Part shown: piece after piece, positions 26,575 through 34,984 of the stretch
Layout: each line of letters opens with the position of its first letter
Numbering within the stretch: position 1 is the stretch's first letter
Source of the DNA: Bacteroidota bacterium
Lineage (GTDB): Bacteria > Bacteroidota > Bacteroidia > B-17B0 > Aurantibacillaceae
Assembly: GCA_043718985.1 (NCBI GenBank)
Contig: JAYSUQ010000103.1
Coordinates: 1-44,487 of the forward strand
Length of the DNA: 44,487 nucleotides
Reading direction: 5' to 3'
The notes under the pieces: model-generated
Told to the model about the DNA's origin: nothing
Databases searched by the model: none
Seen by the model: the letters and a program-made list of their open reading frames with translations, nothing else
Position numbers and translations under genes: made by a program

Positions 26575-28172
26575 TTTGATTTTTTTGAAAGATAATTTTC
26601 AAATGTATTTAAATTCATAGCATTTAAACAGTTATCTTTTGTTAAAAGGCCTTTGCGTGCAACGTGTGTACCGTATTGCATATCGTGGTATCCTTTTAAT
26701 TGATGCGCATCTGGATTAATAGAAATCATTACCTCTTTTTCTAAACAATACGGTATCCAACGCCAATCAATATCTAACCTATAGGGATGTGCGTTTAACT
26801 CTATAGCTACATTATTTGCAGCGCAGGCATCAATTACTTTTTTATGATTAATAGGATACCCTGGCCTACCTAATAATAAACGACCTGTTGGGTGTCCTAA
26901 TATTGTTGTGTAGGGGTTTTCTATTGCTTTTAATAATCGAGCGGTTGCTTTATCTTCATCCATTTTTAAATTAGCATGTACCGATGCTACAATAAAATCA
27001 AACGATTTTAAAATTTCTTCTTCATAATCTAAATTACCATTTCCTAAAATATCACTTTCAATGCCTTTAAATATTTTAAATGGAAATAACTGTTTGTTTA
27101 ATTTTTCAATTTCAAAATGTTGTTTTAGTACTGTTTCAACTTTTAAACCATCGGCGTAAACTGCACTTTGCGAGTGGTCGCAAATACCTAAATACTCGTA
27201 ACCTAATTGCTTGCAATACACTCCCATTTCTTCAAGGCTATTCATACCATCACTATAGGTTGAGTGGTTGTGTAAAATTCCTTTTAAATCGTTAAACTTT
27301 ATTAACCTTGGTAACTTATGCTCTTTAGCTAAATCTATTTCAAATAGACCTTCGCGCAATTCGGGTTCGCAATACTGTATGGTTAACGTTTCGTAAATAT
27401 GTTCTTCTGATGTGTATTTTTTTAAGGGTAACGATTTAAAGTTAATGCCTTGCAAATGTTCGGCAGTAGCAGATGTTTCTATTAATTGTTTATAAAAAAC
27501 AGTTGCATTAACTTTTATAAAATTAACGGGTATGTTATCTAATTCAAACTCGTCGGTATCAAAATTTTCATCTCCAATTAAAATATCAACCTCCTCAACA
27601 ATTTCGCATTTACGATGCATAGCGCCCGTGTAGCTAACCAAATTTGTATGTTCTTTTATAGCATCAATTATGTGATGTGTAACTTTTTGGGCATAAGCAA
27701 AATGAAAGTAGCCAGCACTTTTTTGTTTAAATTCAATACTTTGTATAATACTGGTTTGTGTTTTTGCTCCAAATCCTTTTAATTCAATTAATCTGTTTTC
27801 GTGGCAAGCATACAATAAATCGGTAACACTTTCGAGTTCTAATTCTTGCCACAATTGCCTTACTTTTTTTGGTCCTAAACCTTTAACGCTTAACATATCA
27901 ATTACACCTGCAGGTGTTTTTTGTATCAATTCGTGTAACTCGAGGGTGGTGCCAGTTGTTGTTAATGCAATTATTTTTTCGGCAGTGCTTTTACTAATTC
28001 CTTCTATTTTAATTAATTCATCAATAGTTAAATTATTTAAATCTAACCGAGTTTTATTTAATTTATAAGCAGCACTTGCAATGCTTTTAATTTTAAATGG
28101 GTTTTCGTTATGTAGTTCTAAAAGTTTTGCTGTAATTTCTAATGCTTCGGCAATATCTTCGGTTGTCATCAT
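26571..28172 (-). CDS. polX: Family X DNA polymerase / 3'-5' exonuclease with C-terminal PHP domain
   Basis: N-terminal helix-hairpin-helix region (IEGISKSTAEKI; VKGLGPKKVRQLW). PHP motifs GILHNHSTYSDG, CDHS, ASVH and LGHPTGRLL. Confidence 0.8.
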   Translation of the reverse strand: MMTTEDIAEALEITAKLLELHNENPFKIKSIASAAYKLNKTRLDLNNLTIDELIKIEGISKSTAEKIIALTTTGTTLELHELIQKTPAGVIDMLSVKGLGPKKVRQLWQELELESVTDLLYACHENRLIELKGFGAKTQTSIIQSIEFKQKSAGYFHFAYAQKVTHHIIDAIKEHTNLVSYTGAMHRKCEIVEEVDILIGDENFDTDEFELDNIPVNFIKVNATVFYKQLIETSATAEHLQGINFKSLPLKKYTSEEHIYETLTIQYCEPELREGLFEIDLAKEHKLPRLIKFNDLKGILHNHSTYSDGMNSLEEMGVYCKQLGYEYLGICDHSQSAVYADGLKVETVLKQHFEIEKLNKQLFPFKIFKGIESDILGNGNLDYEEEILKSFDFIVASVHANLKMDEDKATARLLKAIENPYTTILGHPTGRLLLGRPGYPINHKKVIDACAANNVAIELNAHPYRLDIDWRWIPYCLEKEVMISINPDAHQLKGYHDMQYGTHVARKGLLTKDNCLNAMNLNTFENYLSKKSK

Positions 28173-28840
28173 AAAAATAATTCAGCTTTTTTTAAATCAT
28201 CGGGGGTGGTAATTTTTATATTTTCAGTATTACCTTCAACTAAAATAATTTCTTCGTCTTGGCTTTCTAAAACAGTAGCATCATCAGTAAAAAAAGGTGT
28301 GTAAGGTTGCTCAAAAGCCAATTTAATTTTTGATACAATAAAACATTGTGGCGTTTGCACAATTTTATAATCATCGCGCCTAACAGCTTTATTTATGCCA
28401 TTAGTAACAAGTCTAATACTATCATTAACAGTAACAACAGGTATTGCGTTTCCTTTTTTTGCAGCTGTTTCAAAGCAACGTTTAATGGTATCTATACTAA
28501 CCAAAGGCCTTGCGGCATCGTGTATGCCCACAACATCATTTTTATTAGTAATACAATTTAATCCGTTTTTAACTGAGTGAAATCGTGTTTCGCCACCTAG
28601 CACAATTTGTATGTTTTTATCAGGAAAATATTCGGCAAGCATAAAGTTAGCATCTGTTACATAATCTTTATGCACGCATACTATCACATTCATAAACTCA
28701 TCAAACTCTAAAAATTTTTGAATGGTGTGAATGATAACAGGCTTACCCTTAATTTCGATAAATTGTTTGGGAATGGTAGTTTGCATGCGTGTGCCTGTGC
28801 CACCTGCAACTATTATAACGTTATAGTGTGAATAGTTCAT
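28169..28840 (-). CDS. ispD: 2-C-methyl-D-erythritol 4-phosphate cytidylyltransferase
   Basis: VIIVAGGTGTRM..PKQF, VCVHKDYV, IHDAARPL and QTPQCF. The stop overlaps the polX start (ATGA at 28169-28172). Confidence 0.9.
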   Translation of the reverse strand: MNYSHYNVIIVAGGTGTRMQTTIPKQFIEIKGKPVIIHTIQKFLEFDEFMNVIVCVHKDYVTDANFMLAEYFPDKNIQIVLGGETRFHSVKNGLNCITNKNDVVGIHDAARPLVSIDTIKRCFETAAKKGNAIPVVTVNDSIRLVTNGINKAVRRDDYKIVQTPQCFIVSKIKLAFEQPYTPFFTDDATVLESQDEEIILVEGNTENIKITTPDDLKKAELFL

Positions 28841-28843
28841 TAT

Positions 28844-29851
28844 CTAATAATTTTTTATGCGTTCAATGCTTGCATCTATGTTTTTATAAATTTTATTAAA
28901 AAACTGAAAGCGCTGTTTTTCGGCAATGCCACTAATTAAAGTCGATTTTTTAATTAAATTTTTCATCCAATGTTCTATCTCTTCACAAAAAGCATTATTA
29001 CTGCTTGTTAACGAGTTAACCGAATTAAATGAAATGTATGAATAATTGCCACCGTTAATGGTAACGTGTATGCAATTTGTACCAATAACTAAATCGCTAT
29101 TATATAAATTAAATGGTGTTTGATACGATTTAGTTTTTTCGTTTTTATTTTCATTTTCGGCATATCTATTAATTGATTGTGCCATTTGTTTTAAATTTTG
29201 AAGTACCGTAATTGCATCATCTTTATTTTTAAATACACCGCTTTCAAAATAATATTCTATTTGTTTTATGGTTGTAAGGATGGTATCATTTGTCCAAACC
29301 TCTGAGCTTGGTATTTGTATATAGGTTTCGTGTATTTGTTTAGCCAACTGCAATTGTTTTTTAGGCACGCTATTAAAATCAAACTTTTTTGATTGGTAGT
29401 TTGTAATATTTAGTACGGAACGTTGCCAATAAAATAATTTAAAGGCAGCTAATTTTTCAGAAAAAAACGAATGAAAAATAGGTACTTCTTCGGCGGCATA
29501 AATTAAACTGGCATCCTGGCTTTTGGATACGTTTAAAAGTTGTTTTAAAAGACTATTTAAATAGGCATCAAAATTGGCTTCGCTATCAGTTAATTTAATG
29601 TAATTACAAGTAACCGTATTGGCATTGTTACTAAAAATAGTATCGGCGCTTAATTGATAATGTTTACATATTTTATAAGTTTCATCTAAACTTAATTCGG
29701 TTTCGTTGCGCAAACGCCTGTAAGCACTATCATTACTTATTTTCAACAAGTCGGCAATATCATCAACTAACGATATGTTTGCGGGCACACTATTTTTTAA
29801 GTGCTCAATAAACACTTTTTGCATAGCGAATTCCGATTTTTTTTGAATCAT
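28844..29851 (-). CDS. BetR-N-like helix-turn-helix putative transcriptional regulator with a large uncharacterised C-terminal domain
   Basis: IADLLKISNDSAYRRLRNETELSLDETYKICKHYQLSADTIF resembles the BetR N-terminal HTH. I could not assign the remaining ~260 aa. The stop lies 3 nt before the ispD start. Confidence 0.6.
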   Translation of the reverse strand: MIQKKSEFAMQKVFIEHLKNSVPANISLVDDIADLLKISNDSAYRRLRNETELSLDETYKICKHYQLSADTIFSNNANTVTCNYIKLTDSEANFDAYLNSLLKQLLNVSKSQDASLIYAAEEVPIFHSFFSEKLAAFKLFYWQRSVLNITNYQSKKFDFNSVPKKQLQLAKQIHETYIQIPSSEVWTNDTILTTIKQIEYYFESGVFKNKDDAITVLQNLKQMAQSINRYAENENKNEKTKSYQTPFNLYNSDLVIGTNCIHVTINGGNYSYISFNSVNSLTSSNNAFCEEIEHWMKNLIKKSTLISGIAEKQRFQFFNKIYKNIDASIERIKNY

Positions 29852-30034
29852 TTTGTAGTATTATTTGCAACTAAATATAGTTAATAATTGCATTTTTCGC
29901 AAATCAATTTTATTACGCTTGTGTTTTTTGCAAATAGCATTTAGCAATCTATATAAACTATAATTACAATTATTTTTCGCGTTAAAATAAATTATTGCCT
30001 GGTAAATCCGTTTCGTTAAGGTTTTAAAGCGCTG

Positions 30035-30042
30035 TAATTTTG
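30035..30042 (+). promoter_or_regulatory. Candidate -7 box (TAnnTTTG) for the 30064-31936 cluster
   Basis: taattttg ends 21 nt upstream of ATG 30064. Confidence 0.35.
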
Positions 30043-30063
30043 ATGTAAGAAAAACAAGAAATC

Positions 30064-30615
30064 ATGAAAATAAAAATACTTAAACTATTAATAATTAGTT
30101 TGATAATTACTACAACTTGTAAATCACAAAGTATAATTGAAGCAAATGATAGTTTAAATATCGAATCTAATGTTGTTTCAATAAAATATAACATTTATGT
30201 TTCCATTGGTTCACAAATTGGAATATTAAGTCATATGGGCTATTCAACAGTTCCTTTTCATATTCATATTGATAAAATTGTTTTTGATAATATGTTTATA
30301 GGATTTGGGTACTCAATGGATGATTATAAAGACAGTGAATATTTTTTATTTTCTGGGGGTAATTATCGGCAAAATTTCAGAATAAGGTATTGTTCTTATT
30401 TTGGTTACAATATTGAAAGTCCTGTAATTGGTTATGGTGGTGTTTCAGTTGGAGCATCTTCGTGGGCAATCAAAAGCAATGAATTTCGAATAAATCCAAG
30501 TGCTCAATTACTATTGGGTATAAAAACTAACATTTCTAATCGAGCTTATAATCAAACCGAATTGGGTTTAGGATCTCCTTATTTATTTCAAACTTCTATT
30601 GGATATAAATTTTAA
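30064..30615 (+). CDS. Hypothetical secreted protein, small outer-membrane beta-barrel-like
   Basis: Signal peptide MKIKILKLLIISLIITTTCKSQ. It is Gly/Tyr/Ser-rich with alternating hydrophobic strands (FIGFGYSM, VIGYGGVSVGASSW, LLLGIKTN) and has a C-terminal aromatic end ...SIGYKF, as in OM barrel proteins. Confidence 0.55.
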   Translation: MKIKILKLLIISLIITTTCKSQSIIEANDSLNIESNVVSIKYNIYVSIGSQIGILSHMGYSTVPFHIHIDKIVFDNMFIGFGYSMDDYKDSEYFLFSGGNYRQNFRIRYCSYFGYNIESPVIGYGGVSVGASSWAIKSNEFRINPSAQLLLGIKTNISNRAYNQTELGLGSPYLFQTSIGYKF

Positions 30616-30641
30616 ATTATAATTAAAAAAAACAAAAAATC

Positions 30642-30782
30642 ATGAAAATAAAAACAAAACCAACCGAAATATTACTAATAGTAATTGTTATTATGAGTTT
30701 AGTAGTTAGTGTAAAATTAATTGTAAACGATGTAAAACAATTAAGTAGTAATAAAGAAACAGCACAGCATTATTTTTTTTAA
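30642..30782 (+). CDS. Hypothetical 46-aa single-pass membrane micro-protein (absent from the ORF track)
   Basis: My translation: MKIKTKPTEILLIVIVIMSLVVSVKLIVNDVKQLSSNKETAQHYFF*. Its start context (aaaaatcATGAAAATAAAAAC) nearly duplicates that of the upstream gene (agaaatcATGAAAATAAAAAT). It fills the gap between two co-directional genes. Confidence 0.4.
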   Translation: MKIKTKPTEILLIVIVIMSLVVSVKLIVNDVKQLSSNKETAQHYFF

Positions 30783-30814
30783 AATAATTAAATAACATCT
30801 AAAAATAAACAGTC

Positions 30815-31936
30815 ATGAAAACAATTATCACATTTGTAATTACCGCATCACTTTTATTATTTAATAAAATGGAGTATGCCCAAGGCCAAATTAAATCGTC
30901 GTTAACAGTATTATCCATCGATGTTAAAATTGAAAATACGAACCCACAGCAAATGGGAAATTTAGTGCGTATTGAGTTAGAAAAACTAGACACCTTTGAG
31001 GTAATGGATAGATACGACGTAGCGTACATGCTCGAAAATAAAAAATTAAGCATATTAAATTGTTATGGCAAACTATGTTTAACCGAAATTGGTGAACTCA
31101 TTAAATCGGATAAAATGTTAACAGGTAGTGTTGAGCAATATTCTAAATCAATTATTTATACCTTACGTTTAATTGATGTAAAAACTAAACGTATTGAAAA
31201 AACATCTGTAATTGAGTTTTTAAATTTATCGGAGGAGTTGCAAGCTATGACTGCTATTTCGGTAAAAAAAATGTTTAATAAAAACATTGATTTAAATTTA
31301 TTAAATAAACTAACCCAACGTAATAGTTACGACAACAGTGTTAATAATCCCGAAAAGGAACGCTTACGCTTAGATGGCCCGCGTTTAGGGTTTACTTATT
31401 TTACTGGTAATTTAGCAAACATAATATCGCAAAATAAAGCCGTAGGTGGCTTTGATGCTTACCCTACAATGTTTCAGTTTGGTTATCAGTTTGAAAAACA
31501 ATATTTAAACGAAGGCAAAATACAAGCCTTGTTTGAATTTATACCTATGGTTACTGGCCTTGATCAAGGTTACTTTATACCAAGTTTTACTTTACTGCAC
31601 GGTTTGCGTAGCAACGTAAATGGTTGGGAGTTTGCAATAGGCCCAACAGTTGGTTTAACTCCAAAAGCAAATGGCTATTATGATACCGAAAATGTTTGGC
31701 ACCGTGAAATCGAATGGGCAAACGATACATCAAAAGCTACAATTAAAAACCCTTATGTAATTAAAGAGCGATTAGATAGTCGAGGCGATTACGCAGTGCA
31801 AACTGGCTTTGTTTTAGCTGTAGGCCGTACATTTAAATCGGGAAAATTAAATTTACCTGTTAATATTTATATCATTCCAAATAAAGATGGCTTTAGGTTT
31901 GGAGCATCGTTGGGCTTTAACGCTAAAAACAAATAA
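30815..31936 (+). CDS. Hypothetical secreted envelope protein: N-terminal CsgG/LpoB-like periplasmic domain plus beta-rich (barrel-like) C-terminal domain
   Basis: Signal peptide. LTVLSIDVK...NLVRIELEKLDTFEVMDRYDV...LNCYGKLCLTEIGELIKSDKMLTGSVEQYSKSIIYTLRLIDVKTKRIE follows the common pattern (x)VLDF...R(F/Y)xVVER...CxxxxCxxEIGKxLGADxxVxGSVxxxGxxYxxxxRLIDVxTG. The C-terminal 210 aa are rich in alternating aromatic/Gly strands. Confidence 0.6.
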   Translation: MKTIITFVITASLLLFNKMEYAQGQIKSSLTVLSIDVKIENTNPQQMGNLVRIELEKLDTFEVMDRYDVAYMLENKKLSILNCYGKLCLTEIGELIKSDKMLTGSVEQYSKSIIYTLRLIDVKTKRIEKTSVIEFLNLSEELQAMTAISVKKMFNKNIDLNLLNKLTQRNSYDNSVNNPEKERLRLDGPRLGFTYFTGNLANIISQNKAVGGFDAYPTMFQFGYQFEKQYLNEGKIQALFEFIPMVTGLDQGYFIPSFTLLHGLRSNVNGWEFAIGPTVGLTPKANGYYDTENVWHREIEWANDTSKATIKNPYVIKERLDSRGDYAVQTGFVLAVGRTFKSGKLNLPVNIYIIPNKDGFRFGASLGFNAKNK

Positions 31937-32161
31937 AAGTTATACTTTAATAAATTGATACTATTTTATACATACACTATATATAATAGTGTGCAGGATA
32001 GCAATACGCTATATAGCATAGTATGGCGCATTATTACAAAAGGCTATGTTGTAAATCCTTTATGGAGTGGCTTTTTGAGCCTATTTATTAACAATAAGCT
32101 CATTTATCAACAAAATGCACACTTTTTTTAATCAAACACTTGCTATATAAGGTTTACCGTA

Positions 32162-32169
32162 TACATTTG
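32162..32169 (+). promoter_or_regulatory. Candidate -7 box (TAnnTTTG) with an upstream TTG for the HU gene
   Basis: tacatttg at 32162-32169, with a TTG at 32140-32142 (19-nt spacer). The ATG is at 32215. Confidence 0.4.
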
Positions 32170-32214
32170 TAAAGTAATTAATTTATAAAGTTTAACCCTT
32201 AAAACAAAAACAAC

Positions 32215-32496
32215 ATGAACAAAGCAGAATTAATCGAAGCAATTTCAAACGGATCAAAATTAACTAAAGCTGATTCAGGTCGTGCGTTAGATTCTTGTAT
32301 TGAAGCAATTTCTAAAGCATTAAAAAAAGGAGATAGAATCTCTTTAGTAGGATTTGGTTCTTTTTCAGTAGCTAAACGTGCAGCTCGTATGGGTCGCAAT
32401 CCTCAAACAGGAAAAGAAATTAAAATTGCTGCTAAAAAAGTAGTTAAATTTAAACCAGGTTCTGAGTTAGCAACTAACGTTAACAAAGGAAAATAA
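32215..32496 (+). CDS. hup: HU-family nucleoid-associated DNA-binding protein
   Basis: MNKAELIEAIS...LTKADSGRALDSCIEAISKALKKGDRISLVGFGSFSVAKRAARMGRNPQTGKEIKIAAKKVVKFKPG is a canonical HU sequence. Confidence 0.92.
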   Translation: MNKAELIEAISNGSKLTKADSGRALDSCIEAISKALKKGDRISLVGFGSFSVAKRAARMGRNPQTGKEIKIAAKKVVKFKPGSELATNVNKGK

Positions 32497-32520
32497 TTAG
32501 ATTTTTCTAATTACTAAAAA

Positions 32521-32550
32521 AGCCTCAAACAATGTTTGAGGCTTTTTTTA
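32521..32550 (+). terminator. Rho-independent terminator of the HU gene
   Basis: agcctcaaac / gtttgaggct stem followed by tttttt (32544-32549). Confidence 0.75.
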
Positions 32551-32601
32551 TGTATTAAATTTTTTAAGGCTAGTAAAAAACAATTGTTTACAATAAAAAG
32601 T

Positions 32602-32641
32602 AAAAACAAAATGCCGTTTCAACTAATTTGAAACGGCATTT
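32602..32641 (-). terminator. Rho-independent terminator of the glutamate dehydrogenase gene
   Basis: 14-bp stem aaatgccgtttcaa (32609-32622) / ttgaaacggcattt (32628-32641) with loop ctaat. It is T-rich on the minus strand after the stem. Confidence 0.7.
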
Positions 32642-32665
32642 TTAATTTTTACAAAAAACTATAAA

Positions 32666-33937
32666 TTAAAAGTTACCTTTTAACTGCACGCCTTGCTCAA
32701 TTTTTTGCAAAGCTGTAATATATGCCGCAATGCGCATTGATGTTTTAAACTGAGCCGCATTATTCCAAACACTTGCAAATGCTAATTCCATTTTTTCATC
32801 GTGTTTTGTATTTACTTCGTTTTCACTCCAATAGTAACCTGCTTTGTTTTGTACCCACTCAAAGTAAGATACAGTTACACCACCACTATTTGCTAAAATA
32901 TCTGGAACTACAATTATGTTTTTTTCATTTAACACATGGTCGGCTGCAGGCATTGTTGGGCCATTTGCACCTTCAACAATTAGTTTAGCTTGTATTTTTT
33001 GTGCAATCTCTTCAGATATTACATTTTGTAAAGCTGCTGGTACTAATACATCACATTTACAAGTTAAAATTTCGTCGTGCGAAATTTCGGTTGCTCCTGT
33101 AAATCCTTTTAATACGCGGTTATTTTTTGCAACAAATTCTAGTGCAGCTTTAATATCAATTCCTGCTGCATTGTAAAAAGTAGCTGTATGATCGCCAATG
33201 GCTACAATTTTAATTCCTTGTTCGGCTAATAAACGCGCTGCGTGTGAGCCTACATTACCAAAACCTTGTACTGCAGCCGTAACTTCTTTAGGATTTAAGC
33301 CCATTTTTTTTAATGCAGCTAATGTGTTTACCATAACGCCACGTCCTGTTGCAGCATCTCGTCCTAACGATCCTCCAATAACAATTGGCTTTCCTGTAAT
33401 AACTCCAGGGCTATCTTCGCCAGTAACTTTGTTAAATTCATCTAGTATCCAAGCCATTTCTCTTCCGCTTGTTCCCATATCTGGAGCTGGAATATCTTTG
33501 TTTACGCCAAATACATCTTTCATTGATGATGCATAAGCACGAGTCATTCTTTCTAATTCACCAACACTCATCGTGCGAGGGTCGCATTTAATGCCGCCTT
33601 TTGCACCACCGTAAGGTAAGTTTGCAACGGCGCATTTAAAACTCATCCAAGCAGCTAATGCCATCACCTCATCTTGGTTAACATCCATTGCATAACGAAT
33701 ACCACCTTTAGATGGGCCTAATACAGTAGAATGTACAACACGGTAACCTTCAAATACTTGAATTTTACCGTTATCCATCATTACTGGTAAGCTAACTTTA
33801 ACTTGTTTAATTGGGTTACGTAATATTGTGGCAACGTCGTCAGACATGTTCATTAATTTAGCAGCTACATCTAAGCGTGCCAATACAGCTTCGAACATAC
33901 TTTCGTGAGCTGGTGCATTTGCAGTTTGTGTTGACAT
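32666..33937 (-). CDS. gdh: Glutamate dehydrogenase (Glu/Leu/Phe/Val dehydrogenase family, 423-aa class)
   Basis: GPSKGGIRY, LPYGGAKGG, PAPDMGT and the nucleotide-binding VQGFGNVG motif. Confidence 0.9.
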   Translation of the reverse strand: MSTQTANAPAHESMFEAVLARLDVAAKLMNMSDDVATILRNPIKQVKVSLPVMMDNGKIQVFEGYRVVHSTVLGPSKGGIRYAMDVNQDEVMALAAWMSFKCAVANLPYGGAKGGIKCDPRTMSVGELERMTRAYASSMKDVFGVNKDIPAPDMGTSGREMAWILDEFNKVTGEDSPGVITGKPIVIGGSLGRDAATGRGVMVNTLAALKKMGLNPKEVTAAVQGFGNVGSHAARLLAEQGIKIVAIGDHTATFYNAAGIDIKAALEFVAKNNRVLKGFTGATEISHDEILTCKCDVLVPAALQNVISEEIAQKIQAKLIVEGANGPTMPAADHVLNEKNIIVVPDILANSGGVTVSYFEWVQNKAGYYWSENEVNTKHDEKMELAFASVWNNAAQFKTSMRIAAYITALQKIEQGVQLKGNF

Positions 33938-33977
33938 ATTAATTTGTATTGGTTTATTTTTTTATGAGTTAGGGTAA

Positions 33978-33985
33978 CAAAAATA
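33978..33985 (-). promoter_or_regulatory. Candidate -7 box (TAnnTTTG) for gdh
   Basis: The minus strand reads tatttttg, about 40 nt upstream of the ATG at 33937. Confidence 0.35.
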
Positions 33986-34050
33986 GTGAAATATTTGATT
34001 GATTTAATATGATTTAGACTAATAAATGAGGAGTTTTAAACCTTTGTTTT

Positions 34051-34941
34051 TTAACAAAATGATTGTATTAAAATTAGATAACAATAAACAAAGGGCGCTA
34101 CAAAAATAACACTATCAAACCGATCTAAAATACCGCCATGGCCTGGCATAATTTTACCCGAATCTTTAACGCCTGCCTGCCTTTTTAGCATGGACTGTAC
34201 TAAATCGCCAATGGTACCAAAAACAGTTACAAGTATTGATATTACAATCCAATGTACTAGTGCTAATTCATTAAACCAAATTGCCATAACATAAGCGCAG
34301 GCAATATTTAATAAGGCAGCTCCAGCAGCTCCTTCCCAAGTTTTACCTGGCGATATGCGTTCGTGTAATTTATGTTTTCCAATTAAACTACCAACAAAAT
34401 ATGCCCCCGAATCGCTAGCCCATATTAATATAAAAATACCAAGTACATAATGGTAATTATAGGGGGCAAAATTATTAATACTTTGTAATGATGGATGGTT
34501 AAATGTAAATGCTTTATCGGTACACGAAATGCATATTAATAAAATAAAAGGTACTACCGCATAAAGTATACCTGTAAGTGTATATGTTACATTAAGTGCC
34601 GAATGCTTTCGACTATCAAACAAGCCAAAAACAAATGTGATGAAGGTTAATGCAATAACAATAGCAAAAATTATTTCGGTATGATAAAATAAACTAAGGT
34701 TTGAATTATATAAAACTCCAAATACGTATAAAACTATTGAAGATATAATGCCTATAATTTTATAAGGCTTAGCTCCATATTTTTCTGATAATTGATAAAA
34801 TTCAATTAATCCCCAAATGGATACAATGAAAAATAAAAAAACAAAAGAAATGTAATTAATAAACATACACGACAACAATACTGTTACAAAAACAATTGCT
34901 GTTAAGCTACGGGTTACTAAGGTTTGTAAGTTTAATGCCAT
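34051..34941 (-). CDS. cdsA: Phosphatidate cytidylyltransferase (CDP-diglyceride synthase)
   Basis: A multi-TM protein with SDSGAYFVGSLIGKHKL, ISPGKTWEGAAG and the signature PGHGGILDRFDS. Confidence 0.9.
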   Translation of the reverse strand: MALNLQTLVTRSLTAIVFVTVLLSCMFINYISFVFLFFIVSIWGLIEFYQLSEKYGAKPYKIIGIISSIVLYVFGVLYNSNLSLFYHTEIIFAIVIALTFITFVFGLFDSRKHSALNVTYTLTGILYAVVPFILLICISCTDKAFTFNHPSLQSINNFAPYNYHYVLGIFILIWASDSGAYFVGSLIGKHKLHERISPGKTWEGAAGAALLNIACAYVMAIWFNELALVHWIVISILVTVFGTIGDLVQSMLKRQAGVKDSGKIMPGHGGILDRFDSVIFVAPFVYCYLILIQSFC

Positions 34942-34970
34942 AAAAAAATCCTTCTCAAACTGAGAAGGAT
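34942..34970 (-). terminator. Hairpin plus U-tract immediately abutting the cdsA start codon
   Basis: The minus strand reads atccttctc-agttt-gagaaggat followed by ttttttt and then directly ATG (34941-34939). The 9-bp stem is perfect. Confidence 0.6.
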
Positions 34971-34984
34971 ATTAGTTAATGTAT

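Noticed and set aside
31974-31992. The palindrome acactat-atata-atagtgt and a nearby gctatatagc in the 278-bp spacer before the HU gene. I considered a terminator, an sRNA or a tRNA.
   Set aside because: No U-tract follows the stem and there are no tRNA-like conserved boxes (T-loop GTTCRANNC). AT-rich palindromes of this size are common. It may be a weak terminator for the 30815-31936 gene, but I cannot support a call.
33198-33536. Antisense ORFs within gdh (32773-32988, 32916-33176, 33198-33536), and similar ones within the SPFH gene (20416-20781), wzc (39647-40006), the CotH gene (2130-3454) and the HerA-like gene (4516-4824).
   Set aside because: The opposite strand carries strongly recognisable conserved proteins. 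The antisense translations are Ser/Ala/Pro/Ile-rich nonsense, as expected from complementary codon bias.
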